A stretch of 64,000 nucleotides of DNA from Synechococcus sp. (GCA_047285805.1 JBJBCN010000003.1:320001-384000); one strand, 5' to 3'. Shown: positions 52,986 to 63,030, counted from the stretch's first letter. Program-made: numbers and translations. Notes: generated by a model not told the origin, from the letters alone.

Positions 52986-54253
52986 TACCGCCATTGGATA
53001 AAGCCCAGCAGAGATTTCGCAAACAAGCTGCAACCCGCTCGCAGCAGGATCCAGAGATCCAGGGGCGCCGATCCCCGGGCCAGGTAATACAGATCGCGGC
53101 CCAACTCCCAACGCAAGGCATCGACCTCCTGGGGTGCTGGGCCCGAGATGCGACCCCAGCCGGTCATCCCAGGCTTGATCAAAAGTCTGAGCTCAAAACT
53201 CTCGTCCAAGTCACGCAAATGGTTCTGCTGCTCGGGGCTCACCGGCCTCGGGCCCACAAGACTCATCTCACCCCCCAGCACGTTGAGAACTTGAGGGAGG
53301 GCCGCCAGTCCCGTGCGCTCCAGCCAGCGGGACCCGCCAAAGCGCCACTGACCGAAGACCTGGCCATCAATACCAGCGCACGGTGACTGCACCATCGCGA
53401 CCTTGGAGCTCAGACGGGTGAGAACCAGAAGCGTGGTAAGAGCGGGCAAGGCTGCGCTCGCCAAAAGAAGGTCCACCAAACGCTTGAGCCGAAAGCGCTG
53501 GGGTGAACGCGGACCGGACAAGCGCTCCAGCTGTTCCGTCCAATCCAACTGTTGAAGCAGACCAGGCGGGTAGCGCTTCAAGTGGTGCAGAGCCCAATCC
53601 GCCAGGGGACGAATCACCACCCCCTGGCGTTGCCAGAGCAAGAGCACCTCTTGGTCCTCAGCGATCACCGAGCCGCGGCCGACGGCGACGCCTTGGAGCT
53701 TGAGCAGCTCAGGCAGGAAATCAGGAATTGGGGCTGCACCAGACAGGGGCCGCCATTCCACCGCCGCTGGCACATCGCAGCCTCCCTGCTCCAGCTCCTG
53801 GGACAACACCCGTCGTTCTTGTTTCTCGGCTAACACCAACCAACGCTGCTGGGGCTGCCAAAAATGACTACTACCTTGCAGGCCATGCAACAGCAAGAGG
53901 CTGCAGCCGCCACTCAACAATACGGGAACCAGGAAGCCGCGGCCAATGGACGCATCCAGGCTGAGGCCCGACACCACGTAGCTGACCACAAGGATCAAAA
54001 CCACGGCGACGCACGCGGAGAGATATCGGTTGAAGTGGTCTTGAAGCGTCAGAGTGCGGCGGGCGAGGCCGGCATAGGCGCCAAGTAACCACTGCAGAAA
54101 AACCAAGAGGGGAATGACAATCAGCGGCCCTTTGCTGATCGCCGGCTCGACGCCAAAGCGAAGGTGGTGTAGACCCACCCAAAGGGCGACGATCAAGCCG
54201 GCGTCCAGGCCAGCCCACGCCAGCGGTTTCGGCAGCTGCACTCTGCTTGGCAT
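52985..54253 (-). CDS. WcaJ/WbaP-type phosphoglycosyl transferase homolog lacking the catalytic Asp-Glu
   Basis: N-terminal TMs; LKRLVD, LPQVLNVLGGEMSLVGPRP, KPGMTGW, DLYY; LAALPQ in place of LDELPQ. Confidence 0.8.
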   Translation of the reverse strand: MPSRVQLPKPLAWAGLDAGLIVALWVGLHHLRFGVEPAISKGPLIVIPLLVFLQWLLGAYAGLARRTLTLQDHFNRYLSACVAVVLILVVSYVVSGLSLDASIGRGFLVPVLLSGGCSLLLLHGLQGSSHFWQPQQRWLVLAEKQERRVLSQELEQGGCDVPAAVEWRPLSGAAPIPDFLPELLKLQGVAVGRGSVIAEDQEVLLLWQRQGVVIRPLADWALHHLKRYPPGLLQQLDWTEQLERLSGPRSPQRFRLKRLVDLLLASAALPALTTLLVLTRLSSKVAMVQSPCAGIDGQVFGQWRFGGSRWLERTGLAALPQVLNVLGGEMSLVGPRPVSPEQQNHLRDLDESFELRLLIKPGMTGWGRISGPAPQEVDALRWELGRDLYYLARGSAPLDLWILLRAGCSLFAKSLLGFIQWR

Positions 54254-54364
54254 GGCCGGATCCTAGGTGCGTTGCCAAGCCAGGTTTTCTTGACGGTTGC
54301 TGGATCTGGTCCACATTGAAAGCAGGGCGTTGGTCAGCATGGTCCGGGCCATAGGTATTGAGGT

Positions 54365-55672
54365 TTGAACGATTCCGGCCGCCTGCTCAAAGTGCTTGGC
54401 GTGGGCTTTGGGCTTGCGGGCTCCGTTGGCGGAACCATTGGTGCAGGCATCCTGCGGGTCCCTGGATTAGTAGCGGATCAACTGCCATCCCAGCCGCTGA
54501 TCTTCTGGATTTGGGTACTGGGAGCGTCCTACGCCCTGCTGGGAGCCGTCTGTGTGGCTGAGCTCGCGGCGGCCATGCCGAGAGCAGGGGGCTGGTACGT
54601 CTACGCCGAAGAAGCGTTTGGGCGTCGGGCGGGGTTTCTGGTGGGCTGGAGCGACTGGATCGCCCATTGCATCGGCCTGGCCTGGGTGGTCACGACCCTG
54701 GGGGACTACCTCGCTCCCCTTTTGCCCGTTGGCAGCGCTTGGATCGCTGTTGGGATCTTGGCGCTCTTCACCCTGATCCAATGGCCCGGCGTGCGCTCGG
54801 GCGGCGCCAGCCAAGAGTTCCTGAGCCTGGCCAAAGCGCTGATCTTTGCGGCCTTGGTGGTGGCGTGCTTCGCTCTGCCGCTACCGAATCGCGTGGAAGC
54901 ACCCGCGAGATTCATCCCCCCAGATGTGAACTTGTTCGTACCAGTGGTGCTGGCCCTACAAGCCGTAATAACGACCTACGACGGCTGGGCCTGCCCGATT
55001 TACTTCGCTGAAGAATTCAGCAAACCCAGCCGGGACTTACCGCGCTCACTCATCGGGGGTGTACTGGCCGTAGCGGGGCTCTATTTACTGATCAATTCCG
55101 CACTGCTCCATGTGCTGCCGATCCCAGTACTGGCGGAATCGAGCCTGCCCGCCGCCACAGCCGCCGAACGACTCGTGGGGCCATTGGGCGGGACAGTGAT
55201 CACCGCTGTGGCCTTGATCTCCCTGCTGGGGGTGACCAACACCGTGGCCATGGCCGCACCACGCATCCTGTTTGGCCTAGGTCGCGATGGGCTCATGCCC
55301 TCCTTCACCGCCGAGGTAAATGCTGGAGGGACCCCCATTAATGCCCTTCTGATCACCTCCCTGTGCAGCGCCCTGCTGGTGGTCAGTGGTTCCTTTGAAA
55401 GTCTGCTGGGGATGGGTGCATTCCTCTACGTGGGATTACCCCTCTGCGGATTCATCACCTTGATGGTGTTGCGGCAAAAGCAACCCGAGCTGGATCGGCC
55501 CTTTCGCTGCTGGGCCTACCCGCTGACGCCGATCCTGGTGGCAACCGTGTCGCTGGCGTTTTTGCTCGCAGCGCTCTGGAGCGATTCCGTCAACAGCCTC
55601 TGGGCGCTTGCACTGGTCGCCGGCGGCGGCATGGCCTCAGAAGCCAGCCAAAGGCTCAAGGCTGCTGCATGA
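54365..55672 (+). CDS. APC family amino acid permease
   Basis: GGTIGAGIL, AELAAAMPRAGG, YDGW, AEE, RPF; ~12 TMs. Confidence 0.9.
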   Translation: MNDSGRLLKVLGVGFGLAGSVGGTIGAGILRVPGLVADQLPSQPLIFWIWVLGASYALLGAVCVAELAAAMPRAGGWYVYAEEAFGRRAGFLVGWSDWIAHCIGLAWVVTTLGDYLAPLLPVGSAWIAVGILALFTLIQWPGVRSGGASQEFLSLAKALIFAALVVACFALPLPNRVEAPARFIPPDVNLFVPVVLALQAVITTYDGWACPIYFAEEFSKPSRDLPRSLIGGVLAVAGLYLLINSALLHVLPIPVLAESSLPAATAAERLVGPLGGTVITAVALISLLGVTNTVAMAAPRILFGLGRDGLMPSFTAEVNAGGTPINALLITSLCSALLVVSGSFESLLGMGAFLYVGLPLCGFITLMVLRQKQPELDRPFRCWAYPLTPILVATVSLAFLLAALWSDSVNSLWALALVAGGGMASEASQRLKAAA

Positions 55673-56999
55673 TCTTCCAGGCCTGACGCAAGCTCAAGGA
55701 GTCACCCAAATTCCCGGGGAAGGTGATCACCGGCAAACCACCAGGGGTCAGCACAAGCGATAGACCAGCGAACAGCTGACCCTGAAGCTCAACCCAAGGG
55801 GCCTGCAAACCCGACTCCAGCAGCGTGTGGGTCGTGATTCCCCCTTTGCTGATCACATACCCCAGTTGGTGGACCAAGGCTGCTGCCAATCGGGCCATGA
55901 GCTCAGCCAGAGCAATCCCAAGCTCCCGGCGTTCTACAGCGCTAGAACAATGGAGCTCGCCGCGGCTGGTGAAGACAACGGGAGTCAGGCCCTCATTGAT
56001 CACCGTTTCGATCTGCTGCCGCCAGGACTGCTCCAGGCTGAACAGCAATCGAGCCGGTTCAGGCCCGCTGATGACGCGGGCAACCTTGCGGACATCGAGT
56101 TCAATTCCCACACAGGCCGGCTCAGCTAAAAGGGTGGTCAGTTGTGCATCGGCCAGGGGGACATGGGAGCCCACCAGCACCAAGCCAGGCATCCAATCGC
56201 CTCTGGGCTGTCGCCGCCTAAGTCCAGCCAATCCAGACACATCTAGCGGCTGGGGAGGCAGCGGCACGAGCCCATTAATCAAGCTGGCGGCAGACTGCAA
56301 GGCGAAACGCTGCCCCTGACGTGCACAAGCCCAGATGGCCTCGCCGAGCGCCATCAGCTGCTCGGGCTGCTCCGCATCAACACAGGCCATCGCTGCCGGA
56401 GGTAAAGCAGCAAGCTGTGCTTGCAAGGCATCAGGACCAGCCTCCAAGTCCGAGAGGCCGATGCGCTCCACCGCCTCGGCTGGGATCTGGCCGGTGGTTT
56501 TCTCCTCCACCCAATCCGGCAGATAACTGCTGGAAAAGCCGAAGAGACGATCCTGAGCAAAGGCTGTGGCGTGGACCGGTTCCCCATGCAACAAGTGCAT
56601 GCCGTCCTTGGTGGTGCGCCCCCCAGGCAAAAACGCAGGAGCCAGCAAGGTGGCGGAGAAAGGACCCAGCTCTTGCTCGATCACCTGAAGCTCCAGCGGA
56701 AAGTGACCACGCAGGGTGGAGTCGCCGCGACTGACAACCAACCAGCGATCCATCATTCCCGCCGCCTGCGCTTCCGCCAAAGCAGGTTTGAGAGCCTGAC
56801 AAAGGCTGACAACGCGCTCCTCAGCCGCCCTGGGATCCAACGCCCGTGTGTTGGCGAGCAGAAAGATCACCGGTGAGGGGTGTGCCAATCCATGATGCAG
56901 GCTGTCCTCGTCCCACCGCAGCAGCAAGGGACAGCTATGCACCGTCTGCGATCCGGTCGGATCGTCATCTAGGACCAGAACCTTGATCCGCTCAGCCAT
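55656..56999 (-). CDS. Four-carbon acid sugar kinase family protein (DUF1537)
   Basis: VLDDDPTGSQ, RGDSTLRGHF, VGSHV, SKGGITT, FPGNLG. Confidence 0.88.
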   Translation of the reverse strand: MAERIKVLVLDDDPTGSQTVHSCPLLLRWDEDSLHHGLAHPSPVIFLLANTRALDPRAAEERVVSLCQALKPALAEAQAAGMMDRWLVVSRGDSTLRGHFPLELQVIEQELGPFSATLLAPAFLPGGRTTKDGMHLLHGEPVHATAFAQDRLFGFSSSYLPDWVEEKTTGQIPAEAVERIGLSDLEAGPDALQAQLAALPPAAMACVDAEQPEQLMALGEAIWACARQGQRFALQSAASLINGLVPLPPQPLDVSGLAGLRRRQPRGDWMPGLVLVGSHVPLADAQLTTLLAEPACVGIELDVRKVARVISGPEPARLLFSLEQSWRQQIETVINEGLTPVVFTSRGELHCSSAVERRELGIALAELMARLAAALVHQLGYVISKGGITTHTLLESGLQAPWVELQGQLFAGLSLVLTPGGLPVITFPGNLGDSLSLRQAWKIMQQP

Positions 57000-57013
57000 G
57001 GCACCATCGTGCC

Positions 57014-58159
57014 GTGATCAGCCCTGAACGCAGCGAACTCCAAGATCTGGTGCTTCAGTGGCATCAGCAGGCCCTGCCATGGACTCCGGCGGGGGCAGGC
57101 ACCAGGCTGCATTGGGGAGCACCGCTCGAGCAGCCGCAGCTCTTGAGCACCAACAAACTGAACCGGCTGCTGCATCACTCCAGCGGCGACTTCACCGTGA
57201 CCGTTGAAGCCGGTCTACCCCTGATCGAACTGCAGGTCGCCCTGGCAGAAAGCAAGCAGTGGCTCGCAGTCGACTGGCCCTGGGGCAGCGGAACCGATGG
57301 ATCCCAAGGCGGAACGATAGGTGGGCTTGTCGCCCGTGGCATGGCCGGTGGCTTTCGCCAGCGCTACCTGGGGATCCGCGATCAAGTGATCGGTCTGGAG
57401 GTGATGCGAGCGGACGGCACCGAGGCCAAGGCGGGTGGCCAGGTGGTCAAAAACGTGGCCGGCTACGACTTGATGCGGCTCTTTTGCGGTAGTTGGGGCA
57501 GCCTCGGACTGATCACCAAAGTGACCCTCCGCACCTTCCCCAAACAGCCCCACCGCGCTGGCTTGCTGTTCCAGGGAGACCTGAAGGCTTTGGAGGCGAT
57601 GCGACAGGCCTGCCTGCGGGCCGATCTGATGCCGCAACGGCTGGATTGGAGGACTACAGAAGGACAACCCAGCCTCCTATTGGGGCTAGTGAGCATCAGC
57701 CGAAACGCTGTGAGTGCACAACTGGACGAGCTCCGCAGGCACACGATGACCCTCGGACTCGAAGGGATAAGCCTTGACGCCGATTCACTCCAGGAGCTCG
57801 AGTGCACAGGCCGTGCTGCCAAGGCGCCGCTCAAGAAGGAACGCTGGCTAATGCGCATTGGCCTGCCGCCGGCTCAGGCGCACGCCTTGATGGATGAGTC
57901 CGAGATCCATCTCAACCTGGCCGCAGGGATTGGCCAAGGCATGGGCTGGGCTAATCGCGAAGACCTTCCGTCTCACAAAGTCACTGCCCTCAGTGCGCGC
58001 TGCCAATACTTGGGTGGTCAGCTGACCCTCCTGCAGCAACCAACCGCAAACGGCCTCAAGCCCTGGCCCACACGGGCGAACCACGGGTTGGTTGCGGCAA
58101 TGAAGCGGGAGTTTGATCCACTGCAACAGCTCGCCCGAGGGCGACTACCTGGGGTCTGA
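57014..58159 (+). CDS. glcE: Glycolate oxidase FAD-binding subunit
   Basis: GAGT, TVEAG, GTIGG, GGQVVKNVAGYDL..LFCGSWGSLG, KREFDP. Confidence 0.85.
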   Translation: MISPERSELQDLVLQWHQQALPWTPAGAGTRLHWGAPLEQPQLLSTNKLNRLLHHSSGDFTVTVEAGLPLIELQVALAESKQWLAVDWPWGSGTDGSQGGTIGGLVARGMAGGFRQRYLGIRDQVIGLEVMRADGTEAKAGGQVVKNVAGYDLMRLFCGSWGSLGLITKVTLRTFPKQPHRAGLLFQGDLKALEAMRQACLRADLMPQRLDWRTTEGQPSLLLGLVSISRNAVSAQLDELRRHTMTLGLEGISLDADSLQELECTGRAAKAPLKKERWLMRIGLPPAQAHALMDESEIHLNLAAGIGQGMGWANREDLPSHKVTALSARCQYLGGQLTLLQQPTANGLKPWPTRANHGLVAAMKREFDPLQQLARGRLPGV

Positions 58160-58981
58160 GCAGACGTAACGGCAACGCAATTGGATCGCCTGTCCAGACT
58201 CGAGCTCCAGACGACGATCACCGGTCGCTAGTGAACCTCGCGGTGCTGTCCAAGGCTCGAGGCAAACCATCGGGCGGGGTGGTTCAGTCCAAACCACCGC
58301 CAAATCCATGGGAGCGGTGAGTTCAAGGGTGATGGTCTGGCCAGTACCGGCATCTACCAGCCGGACTGCGTCACCCGTGGGATCAGCGAGGATATCCACC
58401 CCCTCCGAGAGTTTGGCTAGCTGATCGGCCATTGACGAGCAAGTCATCTGGTGGTGGTCCAAACAGGTCTCGGGTAAGCCGACCAAGCTGGTGGCCTGCA
58501 GCGAACTAACGGCGAAATAGGGGTGCAATCCAAGCGAGAACGGCATGGAACCTTCGCTGTCATGCACGTGTTCAACCGTGGCCAGAATCTCAAGGGCCGA
58601 AGGTTCCAGCCGATAATCCAGACTCAAACGAAACGCGAAGGGAAACGCCTCAAGCGTTTGGGGATTGGACTCCAACACCAAACGAATCCCTGACCCATCG
58701 CTCAACGGCTGCAATTGCCAAGGCAGATCCCTGGCGAAACCATGTTGCGGAAGCGTGTAACTGCCTTGCGGGAGATCGAGCCGGTTGCCAGGGAGATTCC
58801 CGCAGATCGGAAACAGCACAGGAATACCACCACGGACACTTTTACTGGGATCTGCGAAGCGATCTGAATCGAAGTAAAGAAGTTCTTGGCCATTGCACAC
58901 CCAACTCGTCAACAAGCCACCACGTTCAGGAACAACCCGAAGCTGATCACCATGAGGGGCCTTAAAGAGATACATGGGCAT
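58145..58981 (-). CDS. Aldose 1-epimerase / galactose mutarotase family
   Basis: RGGIPVLFP, QHGFAR, GLHPYF, VCLEPW. Confidence 0.88.
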   Translation of the reverse strand: MPMYLFKAPHGDQLRVVPERGGLLTSWVCNGQELLYFDSDRFADPSKSVRGGIPVLFPICGNLPGNRLDLPQGSYTLPQHGFARDLPWQLQPLSDGSGIRLVLESNPQTLEAFPFAFRLSLDYRLEPSALEILATVEHVHDSEGSMPFSLGLHPYFAVSSLQATSLVGLPETCLDHHQMTCSSMADQLAKLSEGVDILADPTGDAVRLVDAGTGQTITLELTAPMDLAVVWTEPPRPMVCLEPWTAPRGSLATGDRRLELESGQAIQLRCRYVCSDPR

Positions 58982-59041
58982 GTTTGAAAAAACAAATGCT
59001 GACAGGCGCCACGGAGACGAATCAGTGGAGCTGCACGAGAA

Positions 59042-60190
59042 CTAGACTAATTTGCCTAAATAAAACATCCTAGCCATCACAACCGAAAGAGCCATAAGCG
59101 GAACAGACGCCACAAGAATCACCTTGCGCGGCAAATAACTACCGGCCAAGACGAAAACTGGCGCAAGCAAGGCTTCTTGGCGATAAAAAGAAACACTATC
59201 GCCAATCAAATGCGGAAGAATCCAGCACGCCCATCCCATGATCAAAAAACAAAGGCTTAATGATGCGTTCTGATCCGAAATATGCCGTACGATTATAGTG
59301 GTCGCCAAAATCATGAGAATAAAGACTGTGGCTGTCTGAAGAAATACAGGATTCTTCCAGAAGTAGCGCACCGAAGAGCGAAGCACTGTAAACCCGAGAC
59401 TCCATGAATGGCCGTATCTAGCTTGGGTCAATGAATAAGCAGAGACGATGCCTGAAGCGTGATCAATCCATGCTCTCGCAGCGAAATGTCCAAAGAGGGG
59501 GGCTGTAACAGGAAGAATACGTAATACTTGAGATTGAACACTTTGGGAAACATTTCGCTTCACCAAAAAAGGAGTCAGCGCAACCGCAAGAATTACAGAG
59601 CTTGGATATGCAAAGGCAGCCAAAAAAGCGCTCACCGCTGACTCTACCAAGAAGGAATAGAGAAACAACCAAATTGCTAATAAATCTAAGGCCGTCGTCA
59701 GTGAAACTGGAAAAGCTGCAACGTGATAGATGCCACCAGGCAAAATAAGAAAAGCAGCGGCAACAAAAACTGGAGACCAACGCCTCTGAATCAAACGAGA
59801 GAGAATTTCAGACGCGACCAAAAGCGATGAGACCGTGGCCACCAAGGCAGCCCAGGAAATTGAGAGGCCCAGTCTTTCGAAGGCTCGGATAATCCATGGA
59901 AACAATGGGAACCAGCCGGTGTTCCCACAGATAAATTGACCACAAGGCTCAGCAGAATATCCGTCCCTCGCAATAGATAAATAGTGAAAAGAATCCCAGC
60001 GAAGCCATGCTGCAGGCTCAGAGAATAAACCTGAAGGCATTCGAAACTCACCTGCACCTAGCCTAGGCGAAAGAACCAGGAACAATAACAGTGTAAACAG
60101 AGAGACTGGGAGTACAACAGACAACACATAACGCGTAGCCATCTTAAGAGACTGTTTAAGTGTCGCATCCAGATTCTTCACACGCACCAC
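59042..60190 (-). CDS. GT-C membrane glycosyltransferase (PIG-V/GT76-like), GtrC position of the cassette
   Basis: LRWDSFHYLSIARDGY and WFPLFP motifs, many TMs; downstream of gtrA/gtrB-like genes. Confidence 0.75.
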   Translation of the reverse strand: MVRVKNLDATLKQSLKMATRYVLSVVLPVSLFTLLLFLVLSPRLGAGEFRMPSGLFSEPAAWLRWDSFHYLSIARDGYSAEPCGQFICGNTGWFPLFPWIIRAFERLGLSISWAALVATVSSLLVASEILSRLIQRRWSPVFVAAAFLILPGGIYHVAAFPVSLTTALDLLAIWLFLYSFLVESAVSAFLAAFAYPSSVILAVALTPFLVKRNVSQSVQSQVLRILPVTAPLFGHFAARAWIDHASGIVSAYSLTQARYGHSWSLGFTVLRSSVRYFWKNPVFLQTATVFILMILATTIIVRHISDQNASLSLCFLIMGWACWILPHLIGDSVSFYRQEALLAPVFVLAGSYLPRKVILVASVPLMALSVVMARMFYLGKLV

Positions 60191-60223
60191 TGTCTACAAT
60201 CACCAATTAGAAAGTGAGGTCGC

Positions 60224-60937
60224 CTAATTATGGGCAAGAATATTATATTTCAAAATGCACCAAACCGCGCGCACTCCATCTTTCCAGCCAATCTTCTTGC
60301 CCTCGTCGTAAGTACGGCCATAGTAAGAAATGCCAACCTCGTAAATCCTGCAACGACGCTTTGCGACTTTGGCGGTAATCTCAGGCTCAAAGCCAAAACG
60401 CTTTTCACATATCGGTATCGACTGAATAATCTCTGTCCGAAAAGCCTTGTAACATGTTTCCATGTCAGTCAGATTTAGATCAGTAAACATATTGCTCATC
60501 AGTGTCAGGAATCCATTCCCCATACGGTGCCAGAAATAAACAACGCGGTGGGGAGCCGCTCCTTGAAAGCGACTGCCAAATACGACATCTGCTTTCCCTT
60601 CAACAATCGGTCCGATGACCAGAGGGAATTCATTCGGGTCATATTCCAGATCGGCATCTTGGACGATGCAAATGTCACCCTCTGCCGCTGCAAAACCTGT
60701 CGCCAAAGCAGCTCCCTTGCCTTGATTCCTCTCATGCATAAGGATTGTTAGGTCCGGTGCATCGAGACGACTCAACAACTCCCTGGTCCCATCACTCGAA
60801 CCGTCATCTACAACGATGAGCTGTTTTGAGGGCACAGGCGCCTGACGAACACGCTCAATCAGATCAAGAATAGTTGAGGCTTCGTTAAAGCAGGGAATGA
60901 TCACCGAAAGGAGTGGGCGGCTTCCTGCCGAGACCAT
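60224..60937 (-). CDS. DPM1-like polyprenol-phosphate glycosyltransferase (GT2)
   Basis: IPCFNE, VDDGSSDGT, NQGKG, QDADLEYDP, TDMETCYK, FGFEPE, GKKIGWKDG. Confidence 0.9.
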   Translation of the reverse strand: MVSAGSRPLLSVIIPCFNEASTILDLIERVRQAPVPSKQLIVVDDGSSDGTRELLSRLDAPDLTILMHERNQGKGAALATGFAAAEGDICIVQDADLEYDPNEFPLVIGPIVEGKADVVFGSRFQGAAPHRVVYFWHRMGNGFLTLMSNMFTDLNLTDMETCYKAFRTEIIQSIPICEKRFGFEPEITAKVAKRRCRIYEVGISYYGRTYDEGKKIGWKDGVRAVWCILKYNILAHN

Positions 60938-60982
60938 GGGGTGCGTACCTAACTGGGACTAGTCCAGCACACTCAGCCACGC

Positions 60983-61354
60983 TTACTGGCGGAAAATCAC
61001 CAGCTTTTGAACCGCGTAGGAAAGAGCTGCCAGTACGGGGATCAACATCAGAGCCGCCAGGTTTCTAGTGAGGCCCAAGCGGGCTAACCAATCAATGCCT
61101 GCCCAGTTGCACCACCAAAGGAAGAGGGCCATCAGCGCATAGGAAAGCGCCGAGCGTTTCTGCAGGCGCGCCACCCGAAACACCCGCTTGCCATACAGAA
61201 CAAATCCCAGCCCCACGTTCAGGAACTGACTGAGGAAAGTGGCCAAGCCCGTGCCCATCACCAACAACAGGCCCTGCAGCGCAACGTTCGTCGCCAAGAC
61301 GTTCAGAGCGCCGTAGCCCAAAAAGCGCCGCTTCCGTCCCGAACCCTTGAGCAT
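60983..61354 (-). CDS. gtrA: GtrA family flippase
   Basis: 123 aa, 4 TMs, RFLGYG, KRVFR and QKLVIFR motifs. Confidence 0.82.
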   Translation of the reverse strand: MLKGSGRKRRFLGYGALNVLATNVALQGLLLVMGTGLATFLSQFLNVGLGFVLYGKRVFRVARLQKRSALSYALMALFLWWCNWAGIDWLARLGLTRNLAALMLIPVLAALSYAVQKLVIFRQ

Positions 61355-61363
61355 CGCGGCAGG

Positions 61364-62239
61364 CTAAAGGAGCTGCTCCAACCACTCCAACAGGGCGGCA
61401 TTGACCTGGCGTGGGACCTCGTCATGGGGACAGTGGCCGGCCTGCAGCACCACCTCCTGGGTTCCCTGCGGGGCGTGGCGCTGGAACGCGCCCCGGCGAC
61501 CGGCCGCGTTGATCCAGGGATCACGGATGCCCCAAAGCAGCAGCAACGGCGACTGAAGGTCGGAAAAGAGCTCATCAAGGGGCTGGCCCCGAGGAATATC
61601 AAAGACCGTTCGAAAGACCCCGAAGGCTCCAGGATCCCTGGACGGAGCCAGGATCGATTCCACCAGTTCATCATCGACGTTGGTCCGATCGATATAGACC
61701 TGATTCAAGGTGCGGCGCACGTTCCCTGGGCGACGCATGTTTTCAAACAACAGACGCTGGAGGATGGGACTCTTCAAAAGCGCTGAGCCAACAGTGCGGC
61801 GGGCAATCGCCCCCCAACTCTTGGCCTCACCCTGCTCATCAGAGAAGGGGCCGGCCGCGTTCAGGAGAACCACCCCCGCACTGTCCTGCCCCAAAGCAGC
61901 ACCTGCCGCGAGGGCCGCGTAGCCACCGAGTGAATTACCAACGGTCACCGTCGGCCGACCAATCCGCTCCCTGACATAGCTCACCAACTGGTCGCGCCAG
62001 AGGGCACCGCCGTACTTGGGGCCGACCGGCTTGGCGCTGCGCCCAAATCCCAGGAGATCGAGGGCATGGACCTCGTAGTACTCCTGGAGGGCAGGGATGT
62101 TGAAGCGCCAGTGATCCGTTGAGGCCCCGAAGCCGTGCACCAAGAGCAGCGCCGGTCTCTCTGTGGCGGTGGGCTGAAGCGGACCCTTTTGCAGGCAATG
62201 AATGGGGTACCCATGAAAGTGCCAGGTCGAAGCAGTCAC
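61364..62239 (-). CDS. Alpha/beta fold hydrolase
   Basis: VHGFGAS, DLLGFGRS, GNSLGG nucleophile elbow, GHCPHDE. Confidence 0.9.
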   Translation of the reverse strand: MTASTWHFHGYPIHCLQKGPLQPTATERPALLLVHGFGASTDHWRFNIPALQEYYEVHALDLLGFGRSAKPVGPKYGGALWRDQLVSYVRERIGRPTVTVGNSLGGYAALAAGAALGQDSAGVVLLNAAGPFSDEQGEAKSWGAIARRTVGSALLKSPILQRLLFENMRRPGNVRRTLNQVYIDRTNVDDELVESILAPSRDPGAFGVFRTVFDIPRGQPLDELFSDLQSPLLLLWGIRDPWINAAGRRGAFQRHAPQGTQEVVLQAGHCPHDEVPRQVNAALLEWLEQLL

Positions 62240-62296
62240 GGGGGTCAGCTTGAGAAACGCGATGCTAAGGAGATCCTCTGCTCCGGTTGCGCTCTC

Positions 62297-62578
62297 GTGA
62301 TCCCCGACTGGCTACTCACGAGTTGGAGCCTATGGCTTCCGGGAACGGCCCTCTGGGCCGTTAGTGCCTACATCTCCCTGAGTGGACGGCTACTGGATGA
62401 AGACGATGCAACCGGCGTCGCCAGCCTCAAGCTCAGCGGCTGCATTGCCCTGGCCTTGGTGATGGGCTTTGGCATGAACCTTGGCCTGAGCTTGAGCCTG
62501 GGCCCCAGCTGGGGCACAAGTCTTGGCGTCGTCACTGCCCTCTACGCCCTGTTTTGGGGCGTAATCGCCCAGGACTAA
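62297..62578 (+). CDS. Small hypothetical membrane protein
   Basis: GTG 62297 start; 3 hydrophobic segments; LSLGPSWGTSLG; fills gap between divergent and convergent genes. Confidence 0.6.
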   Translation: MIPDWLLTSWSLWLPGTALWAVSAYISLSGRLLDEDDATGVASLKLSGCIALALVMGFGMNLGLSLSLGPSWGTSLGVVTALYALFWGVIAQD

Positions 62579-63030
62579 TCGCGTTGGTAGCTGCTGCGGC
62601 GACGGCGGGTCCTGCCTTCGCCAAAGGAGTCGTTTTGATTCCCGTAGCTGCGGTCTTCCCACCCCTGAGCGCCCGAGGGGCGATCGACCCGGGGAGCGGG
62701 TGCGGGGTTGCTCTCATAACCGCCGCCATAGTTGGAGCTGCCACCTCCATAGCCACCGACGCGGCGGGGTGCACCACCACCGCCGCCAGATCGGGGTTCG
62801 GCTTTGTTGATGCGGAGGGGACGGCCCATCAGCTCAGCGCCTTGCAGGGCTTCGATCGCGCGATCTTCGCTGTCAGGGTCGGCGAGTTCGACAAAGGCGA
62901 ATCCGCGCTTGCGACCGGTGTCCCGCTCTAAAGGAAGGGCGCAATTGGCGACGTCGCCAAAGGGGGCAAACAACTCGGCGACGTCCTCTTGCTCTGCGCG
63001 AAAAGGGAGGTTGCCAACAAAGATGCTCAC
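62575..63030 (-). CDS. rbp: RRM RNA-binding protein with Gly-rich tail
   Basis: SIFVGNL (RNP2), RGFAFVE (RNP1), GRPLRINKA; GTG start 63030. Confidence 0.93.
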   Translation of the reverse strand: MSIFVGNLPFRAEQEDVAELFAPFGDVANCALPLERDTGRKRGFAFVELADPDSEDRAIEALQGAELMGRPLRINKAEPRSGGGGGAPRRVGGYGGGSSNYGGGYESNPAPAPRVDRPSGAQGWEDRSYGNQNDSFGEGRTRRRRSSYQRD

